Positions 55,341 through 60,443 of a stretch of 60,443 nucleotides of DNA are shown here, piece after piece (positions within the stretch are counted from its first letter, which is position 1; every line of letters begins with the position of its first letter). The notes beneath the pieces are model-generated. The model was not told where the DNA came from. It saw nothing but the letters and a program-made list of their open reading frames with translations, and made no database searches. Location of the stretch: assembly GCA_964347815.1 (NCBI GenBank), contig CAYGAJ010000001.1, forward strand, positions 1 to 60,443. Direction: 5' to 3'. A program made the position numbers and the translations under genes. The stretch is from an uncultured Gemmatimonadota bacterium (lineage in GTDB: Bacteria > Gemmatimonadota > Gemmatimonadetes > Palauibacterales > KS3-K002).

Positions 55341-55370
55341 GCGGGGAGAAGGGTATCACCCTCTCCCCGC
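55341..55370 (+). terminator. Strong GC hairpin downstream of the fasciclin gene (terminator-like, no U tract)
   Basis: GCGGGGAGaAGGGT-atc-ACCCTCTCCCCGC forms 13 bp with one bulged A. A second 7-bp hairpin (GTGGCGG/CCGCCAC) lies at 55306-55325. Confidence 0.35.
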
Positions 55371-55424
55371 TCAGACAATCTACAGGTAGACGCGCCGATC
55401 CGGCGCGACTTGGAGGAGAGATCG

Positions 55425-56195
55425 ATGAACGAGATCGACCCGCTCGAGCCCGCACCCGGCGCCGTTTACGTCGTGCTCGGCGCGACGGGTGGGATCGGCA
55501 CGGCGCTGGCCCACCGGCTCGCCGCGGGTGGAGCTCGCTTGGTCGTCGCGGCCCGCGACCCGGACAAGCTGGAGGAGCTGGCGGGCGCGATCGACGCGAC
55601 GCCGCACGTCCTCGACGCGACCCGATTTGAGGAGGTTGAGCGCGGGGTGCAGCAAGCGGTGGAGCGGTACGGCCGTGTCGATGGCGTGGCGAACTGCGTC
55701 GGCTCGGTGCTGCTGAAGCCAGCTCATCTGACCAGCGAGGAGGAGTGGCAGCAGACGCTCGACTTGAACCTGGGCTCTGCCTTTGCCGTGGTTCGGGCAG
55801 GGGCCCGAGCCATGATGAAATCCGGCGGATCGCTGGTGCTGATCTCGTCGGCCGCCGCCCGCGTAGGTCTGGTGAACCACGAGGCCATCGCGGCGGCGAA
55901 GGCGGGCGTCGAAGGGCTCGTTCGGGCCGCGGCCGCATCGTACGCCCGGTATGGCGTCCGGGTGAACGCGGTTGCCCCTGGCCTGGTTCGTACGCCTCTG
56001 ACCGAGATGATTACAACCAACGAGGCGGCCGAGCGGGCATCGATCGCCATGCACGCGATCGGCCGGTTGGGGTTGCCCCGGGACATCGCCTCGGTGGCGG
56101 CCTGGCTCCTCAACCCAAGAAACGATTGGGTCACGGGTCAGATCTTGGGAATCGACGGCGGTCTGTCCACCGTGCGCACACGGGTGAGCGCTTAG
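55425..56195 (+). CDS. Short-chain dehydrogenase/reductase (SDR)
   Basis: GGAGGAGAG precedes ATG 55425. VLGATGGIGTALA Rossmann motif and YAxxK-type catalytic region (ASYARYGVRVNAVAPG). Confidence 0.85.
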   Translation: MNEIDPLEPAPGAVYVVLGATGGIGTALAHRLAAGGARLVVAARDPDKLEELAGAIDATPHVLDATRFEEVERGVQQAVERYGRVDGVANCVGSVLLKPAHLTSEEEWQQTLDLNLGSAFAVVRAGARAMMKSGGSLVLISSAAARVGLVNHEAIAAAKAGVEGLVRAAAASYARYGVRVNAVAPGLVRTPLTEMITTNEAAERASIAMHAIGRLGLPRDIASVAAWLLNPRNDWVTGQILGIDGGLSTVRTRVSA

Positions 56196-56224
56196 TCGCG
56201 GACGAGCGGCAGGAGGTCAACGTC

Positions 56225-57472
56225 TTGAGTTACGACGCGATCGTCGTTGGAGCCGGGCTCTCAGGTCTTGCCTGCGCCACGCGCCTGGAAGAAGGAGGAG
56301 CGCGAGTGGCGTTGCTCGAGGCCTCTGATGGCGTCGGGGGCCGGGCGCGTACCGACAATCTGGACGGGTTCCTCCTGGACCGGGGCTTTCAGGTGTTACT
56401 GACGGCGTATCCGCAAGCGCGCCGCATCTTCGACTTCGAGGCGCTAGATCTGCGCACCTTCATTCCCGGTGCGCTGGTCAGGACCGAAGGAGCCTTTCAC
56501 CGCGTCGCCGATCCGATGCGGCGCCTGACAGCGTTGCCCCAGACCCTCAAGGCACCGGTCGGTTCCTTGGCGGACAAGCTGCGAATCGGCCGCCTTCGAG
56601 CCTCGGTCCAGAGGGCCGACGCCGGGGAGCTATTCCGGCGACCGGAACGCTCGACTCTGGCTGCGCTCCGGGCTCGAGGCTTTTCGGAGTCGATGATCGC
56701 GCGGTTTCTGCGACCGTTTCTGAGTGGGATCTTCCTCGAGAACGACCTCGACACTTCGAGCCGCTTCTTCGAGTTCGTCTTCGGAATGTTTGCCCGGGGC
56801 GACGCAGCCTTGCCGACTCGCGGCATGGGGGCGCTGGGCGAACAGCTCGCGAGCCGGCTCAGCGAGGGCGTGCTGCACCTCAGAACTGTAATCGGAGCCA
56901 TCGAGCCCGGGGCGGCGGTACACCGTGACGGGACGCGGATCCAGGCGCGGGCCGTCGTCGTCGCAACCGATGGGGTCGCGGCGGCGCGCCTGCTACCCGA
57001 GCTCGCGGAGCCCGCCTTCAACGCGACGGCCTGTCTCTATTTCGCAGCGGACGAACCGCCGATCGACGAGCCGATCCTCGTGCTCAACGGCGAGGGAAGA
57101 GGGTGGGTCAACAACCTCTGTGTGCCGAGTCAAGTATCGCCCTCGTACGCCCCACCCGGTGCCGCGCTGATCTCGGCGTCGATCGTCGGAAACCCGAAGG
57201 TGGATGATGCGACGCTGGAGCGACTCGTACGCGACCAGTTGAAAGAGTGGTTCGGTGCCCGCGTCGATAGCTGGCGCCACCTGCGAACTTACCGCATCGC
57301 GTCGGCGCTGCCTGCGCAGCGCCCGCCCGCCTTCGAGGCGGAGCGGCTACAGGTTCGGGTAAGACCCGGGTTGTACGTTTGCGGCGACCATCGGGACACC
57401 GCATCGATCGAGGGGAGCTTGGTCTCTGGCCTCCGGGCGGCGGAGGCAGTGCTCGTGGACCTGCGCGCATAG
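56225..57472 (+). CDS. NAD(P)/FAD-dependent oxidoreductase (amine-oxidase/phytoene-desaturase-like fold)
   Basis: TTG 56225 lies 8 nt after AGGAGG. Dinucleotide motif YDAIVVGAGLSGLACATRLEEGGARVALLEASDGVGGR. The 55745 start is rejected. Confidence 0.8.
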   Translation: MSYDAIVVGAGLSGLACATRLEEGGARVALLEASDGVGGRARTDNLDGFLLDRGFQVLLTAYPQARRIFDFEALDLRTFIPGALVRTEGAFHRVADPMRRLTALPQTLKAPVGSLADKLRIGRLRASVQRADAGELFRRPERSTLAALRARGFSESMIARFLRPFLSGIFLENDLDTSSRFFEFVFGMFARGDAALPTRGMGALGEQLASRLSEGVLHLRTVIGAIEPGAAVHRDGTRIQARAVVVATDGVAAARLLPELAEPAFNATACLYFAADEPPIDEPILVLNGEGRGWVNNLCVPSQVSPSYAPPGAALISASIVGNPKVDDATLERLVRDQLKEWFGARVDSWRHLRTYRIASALPAQRPPAFEAERLQVRVRPGLYVCGDHRDTASIEGSLVSGLRAAEAVLVDLRA

Positions 57473-57974
57473 CCCCGCGGGACGCACGAGCCGGCCAGCG
57501 CGGCCGCGCACATGTTTGAGAGGCTGCTGCAAAGCTCCAGTCCGCTGAACAGACGATCGCACCCGGGAGGTGGATTTCCGTGTTGATGCTTCGTGACATA
57601 CTCCTAACGGCATGGTTGGCGTGGCTCTACGCTACACCGCAGACCCGAGGGCGGCTACGACCCCGCCGCTCACCGCGACCTCGACCGCGCGAATTGGCAC
57701 CGGAGCGCCGCGTCGTCGGTGCGGACCCCACTGGTCCTGTGGATCGCCGCTTCGATCTCGAGAATCGGGGGCGACGGCGTGGGCGATGTCGTCTCGCATT
57801 TGACCGAGAACGCCGTTGTCCCGAACTTGTTCTTGTTGGCGGCCCCGCTCGGTCCCGCGACGGTTCAGGCGCTGACCTGCCGGGACAGTCCGCCGCCAGG
57901 CAGTCGAGGAGGTTGAGCGGCCCGAGACGTCCCCGGGGTCAGCTCGGCGGCGCCGTCCGAATAGAGGCAGCTCC

Positions 57975-59834
57975 GTGAGCCTGATTCTCGTACTATCCAT
58001 CCTGATCCGTCTCGCCGCGCTCGGCTGGGCGGTCGCCCTCTTGCGCCAGCTTCGCGACTGGCGGATGGCGCTGCTGTGCGTGATGGTGGGGCTGATGGCC
58101 CTGCGTCAGATCCTCACCCTTCTGGCGACGGATCCGACCTGGTCGATCTCTCTCGTTGGCAACCCCGAAGAGCTGCCCGGCTTGCTAGTGAGCGCCTTCG
58201 CTCTCGCCGCCGTGTTCGGTCTGGAGCGGATCATCTCGGAACAGCGGGACGCGACAAACAGCTTACGGCGGTCACAGCGGATCATGAAGCTGGTGATGGA
58301 CACGATTCCGCAGCGACTCTTCTGGAAGGACAGGGCCTATCGCTATATCGGCTGCAACAAGGTGTTCGCCCGGGACGCAGGTCTTGAGTCGCCGGAACAG
58401 ATCATCGGAATGAACGATTTTGAACTGGCATGGAAGGCGTCGGCGCACCTCTACCGCGCGGATGATATCGCGGTCATCGAACGGGGCGTATCGAAGATCA
58501 ACTACGAGGAGCCCCAGGTGCGAGTCGACGGCACTGAACTCTGGCTGCGCACGACCAAGCTACCTCTTCGTGATGAGAGTGGTGAGGTGATCGGCGTCTT
58601 TGGATCCTACGAAGACATCACCGAGCACAAGCGGGCGGAACAACAGCGGCAGGAACTTGCCGAGCAGCTCCGTCAGGCGCAGAAGATGGAGGTTGTAGGT
58701 CAACTCGCCGGCGGTGTCGCGCACGATTTCAACAATCTGCTCACTTCGATTCTGGGCCACGGGGAGATCCTCCTACGTAACGCCACACTCGCCGAATCGG
58801 TGCGGCGCGATGTCGAGGAGATCAGGGTGGCGGCGGAGCGGGGAGCGGCGCTCACTCGACAGCTCCTCGCCTTCAGCCGCCGGCAGGTGCTGGTGCCGAG
58901 GACGCTGAATCTGAATGAGGTCGTCGTGGGCCTCGAGGGCATGCTGCGTCGACTGATCGGAGAGGACATCGAGCTTGCGATCGATCCCGATCGCGACCTG
59001 GGACTCGTTCGTGCCGACCCGGTGCAGTTGGAGCAGGTGATCCTCAATCTGGCCATCAACGCCAGGGACGCGATGCCGGGCGGCGGAAGGCTGGTGCTCC
59101 AGACACGGAACATCGAGCTGGATGAGGCCTTCGCCGACTCGCACGTCGGCTTCGTGCCGGGAGCGTACGTCCTGCTTTCGGTTCAGGATAACGGCTGCGG
59201 CATGGACGCCGAGACGCGCCGCCAGGCGTTCGAGCCTTTTTTCACGACGAAAGAAGCGGGGCGCGGCACCGGTCTGGGTCTGTCGATGGTCTACGGGATC
59301 GTTCAGCAGAGCGGCGGCCAGGTTTGGCTGGACAGCGAAACCGGCAAGGGCACGGTCTGCCGCGTCTATCTGCCGCGCGTCGCGGCAACGGCCGAACGCG
59401 TGAAGGTGAAGCCGGCTCAGGCCCGTTCGCAGCGCGGGTCCGAGACGGTGTTGCTCGTGGAGGACGAGCAAATGGTCCGAGCGCTCGCGCGGCGTATCCT
59501 CGAGGATCACGGCTACACCGTGCTGTCAGCCTCCGATCCCAAGGAGGCCTTGAAACTGATGGACCGACACGGCGAGTCGGTCTCGCTTCTGCTGGCTGAC
59601 GTGGTCCTGCCCCATATGAGCGGTCGCGACCTGGCCGAACGGTTACGGGAAACGTGGCCGGCCACTCGGGTGTTGTATATGTCGGGCTACATGCACGACA
59701 CGGTGCATGGAAGAGGGATGCTCGAGAGCGGGGTCGCCTTCCTGCAGAAGCCGTTTGGCGTGGAATCACTGCTCCGAAAGGTGAGGGAGGTGCTGGACGA
59801 GCCGTCCGAAGCCGGATCGGGTCATGAACTGTGA
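57975..59834 (+). CDS. Hybrid sensor histidine kinase/response regulator (TM, PAS, HisKA, HATPase, REC)
   Basis: GTG start. H-box VAHDFNNLL, N/G boxes (LNLAINARDAM, GTGLGLSMV), receiver LLVEDE...LLLADVVLPHMSG. Confidence 0.9.
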   Translation: MSLILVLSILIRLAALGWAVALLRQLRDWRMALLCVMVGLMALRQILTLLATDPTWSISLVGNPEELPGLLVSAFALAAVFGLERIISEQRDATNSLRRSQRIMKLVMDTIPQRLFWKDRAYRYIGCNKVFARDAGLESPEQIIGMNDFELAWKASAHLYRADDIAVIERGVSKINYEEPQVRVDGTELWLRTTKLPLRDESGEVIGVFGSYEDITEHKRAEQQRQELAEQLRQAQKMEVVGQLAGGVAHDFNNLLTSILGHGEILLRNATLAESVRRDVEEIRVAAERGAALTRQLLAFSRRQVLVPRTLNLNEVVVGLEGMLRRLIGEDIELAIDPDRDLGLVRADPVQLEQVILNLAINARDAMPGGGRLVLQTRNIELDEAFADSHVGFVPGAYVLLSVQDNGCGMDAETRRQAFEPFFTTKEAGRGTGLGLSMVYGIVQQSGGQVWLDSETGKGTVCRVYLPRVAATAERVKVKPAQARSQRGSETVLLVEDEQMVRALARRILEDHGYTVLSASDPKEALKLMDRHGESVSLLLADVVLPHMSGRDLAERLRETWPATRVLYMSGYMHDTVHGRGMLESGVAFLQKPFGVESLLRKVREVLDEPSEAGSGHEL

Positions 59835-59852
59835 AGTCGAGGGAGGAGTTAG

Positions 59853-60137
59853 ATGGCTAAAGCGACGTGGAACGGGGCTGTCCTGGCTGAGAGCGATGCG
59901 TACGAGGTCGTGGAGAACAACGTCTACTTTCCACCCGACTCGATCGATCGCCGTTATATCCGTGAGAGCGACCACACGTCGGTTTGCCCCTGGAAGGGTA
60001 CCGCGAGCTATTACGATATCGTCGTCGAGGGCAACACCAATCGCAACGCCGCCTGGTACTACCCCGACCCCTCGGACGCGGCAAAGAACATCAAGGACCA
60101 CGTGGCCTTCTGGAAGGGCGTAAAAGTCGAGTCCTGA
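59853..60137 (+). CDS. DUF427-domain protein
   Basis: ATWNGAVLAESD...NVYFPPDSI...CPWKGTASYYDIVV...AWYYPDP...FW matches DUF427 as I recall it. Confidence 0.85.
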   Translation: MAKATWNGAVLAESDAYEVVENNVYFPPDSIDRRYIRESDHTSVCPWKGTASYYDIVVEGNTNRNAAWYYPDPSDAAKNIKDHVAFWKGVKVES

Positions 60138-60259
60138 TCGCTGCTTTCCGGCCAGGGTGTCTATGGCGGCGACTCGACTCCAGGGTCCTCGCTCCGCCGC
60201 AAATTGCGGGATATATTCGCGGGTCTTAACTGGTCTAAACCCGTGAACGCCATCAGGCT

Positions 60260-60443
60260 ATGACCCGCTGGGTTTCAAGGCTCATCTACGCCAACGCGGC
60301 TGTCTTCGTGCTGACGCAGCTGCAGCCAGGCCTTTTTCCCGCCTTGTGGCTGGTTCCAGCGCTGATCCCTGTGCGGCCGTGGACGCCCGTCACCTACATG
60401 TTTCTTCACGGTGGCCTGTGGCACCTGGCGTTCAACATGATCG
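60260..60443 (+). CDS. Rhomboid-family intramembrane protease (5' partial, runs off the right edge)
   Basis: ANAAVFVLTQL...RPWTPVTYMFLHGGLWHLAFNMI is the rhomboid TM2 HxxxN motif region. Confidence 0.7.
   Translation, partial: MTRWVSRLIYANAAVFVLTQLQPGLFPALWLVPALIPVRPWTPVTYMFLHGGLWHLAFNMI

Overview
GC-rich bacterial chromosomal window with strong G/C at third codon positions and many spurious antisense shadow ORFs. TolC-type and other outer-membrane proteins suggest a Gram-negative (diderm) organism. I saw no rRNA, tRNA, CRISPR array or transposase. All domain calls come from reading motifs by eye; no HMM or BLAST search was possible.

Layout:
- 1-6.7 kb: compact locus of two overlapping SLATT/DUF4231-like two-TM genes converging on a three-gene operon. 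The operon products all carry TIR-superfamily modules: one canonical TIR, and three nucleoside-deoxyribosyltransferase/TIR-like modules spread over two proteins. Two of the proteins share a paralogous N-terminal module and one has a DUF4071/TPR domain. This is my best candidate for an undescribed conflict/defence-like system, and it probably continues past the left edge.
- 6.8-14 kb: TetR, TolC-like, HlyD and YbhFSR-like ABC-2 exporter operon.
- 14-25.7 kb: mixed genes (DUF488, GGDEF, TolB-like lipoprotein, DRG-type GTPase, methyltransferase, RmuC, GT87-like, two MscS-family channels).
- 25.8-30.8 kb: AttEFGH-like FtsX-type ABC system plus an HmuY-like gene.
- 30.8-33.8 kb: UvrD-family helicase with a DEDDh exonuclease inserted in place of domain 2B.
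- 33.83-34.10 kb: glutaredoxin-like gene missed by the ORF track. TGA sits at the first Cys of the CPYC motif (UPYC) and a hairpin starts 11 nt downstream, so it is a likely selenoprotein.
- 34.3-43.8 kb: acyl-CoA dehydrogenase, ABM monooxygenase, CBM9/DUF5916-like outer-membrane protein, SRPBCC, proline dehydrogenase, MBL-rhodanese.
- 44-57.5 kb: apparent light/UV regulon. It has two CarH/LitR-type MerR-B12 regulators, a class II CPD photolyase, an FeS-BCP (6-4)-type photolyase, YbgA, a Nei glycosylase with Pro2->Ala, SDRs and an FAD oxidoreductase. Two AT-rich islands carry similar promoters.
- 58-60.4 kb: hybrid histidine kinase, DUF427, and the start of a rhomboid gene.
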